In this document: positions 63,676 through 64,000 of the stretch, in pieces
Layout: each line of letters starts with the position of its first letter
How positions within the stretch are numbered: position 1 is the first letter of the stretch
NCBI GenBank assembly: GCA_013239625.1
Contig: MU053934.1
Coordinates: 7,833,352-7,897,351, forward strand
Direction: 5' to 3'
From: Lama guanicoe
Taxonomy: Eukaryota
DNA length: 64,000 bases
Program-made: the position numbers and the translations under genes
Notes under the pieces: generated by a model
The model's input: only the letters and a program-made list of their open reading frames with translations
Database searches by the model: none
Told to the model about the DNA's origin: nothing

Positions 63676-64000
63676 TCAGGTAAGCATTTCTTGACAAATA
63701 TCTAAGGCACCTATCTTGAGCCAAGCACTAAACTGAAGTTGTAGGGAAAGGGAGACTGCAAGTAACTGAAATAAATCCTTGCCCTCATAAAGCCGGCAGG
63801 ACGGCTGAGTGGGAGGCAAATACCATCACAGATAATCAAAGGGCCCTTGTCTGATTCACTTTCAAATCCCCAGAACTTAGCCAAGTAAATGTTTGTTGAA
63901 GACAATGGATATAAGAAAGAGATGAAGTATGTGGAATTCAAAAAAATTTTTACAGCATTTCTCTAAGTCCATTCATTTAGGGGCACATACAACTTGAGAA

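Noticed and set aside
1..64000. CRISPR array, prokaryotic-type operon or other novel multi-gene system
   Set aside because: Mammalian intron-rich DNA with no regularly spaced repeat-spacer array and no unexplained long ORFs; the direct repeats found are TSDs or microsatellites.

Overview
Mammalian genomic DNA, probably a camelid (inferred from Vic-1-like tRNA-derived SINEs and the lineage-type L1 3' ends). Almost the whole window is the 5' part of EFCAB6 (DJBP; multi-EF-hand ciliary/sperm protein) on the minus strand. Six coding exons (45144-45289, 37212-37423, 30579-30667, 22607-22673, 4372-4508, 305-417) all have AG/GT ends and compatible phases, and splice into about 250 aa with four EF-hand-like loops; the gene continues past position 1. 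A probable upstream exon ends at 63019, and its splice junction creates an in-frame ATG in strong Kozak context. The introns are mostly interspersed repeats (L1 of several ages, L2, MIR, MaLR LTRs, hAT MITEs, SINEs, microsatellites). They also hold a decayed full-length RPL4 processed pseudogene (26384-27729) nested in an older L1/HAL1, an intragenic CpG island with a candidate internal promoter, and a CTCF/AP-1/CRE motif cluster. I find no convincing new biological system. Almost all ORFs in the supplied track are repeat-derived or chance. Protein and repeat identities come from recalled sequences, not from database searches.
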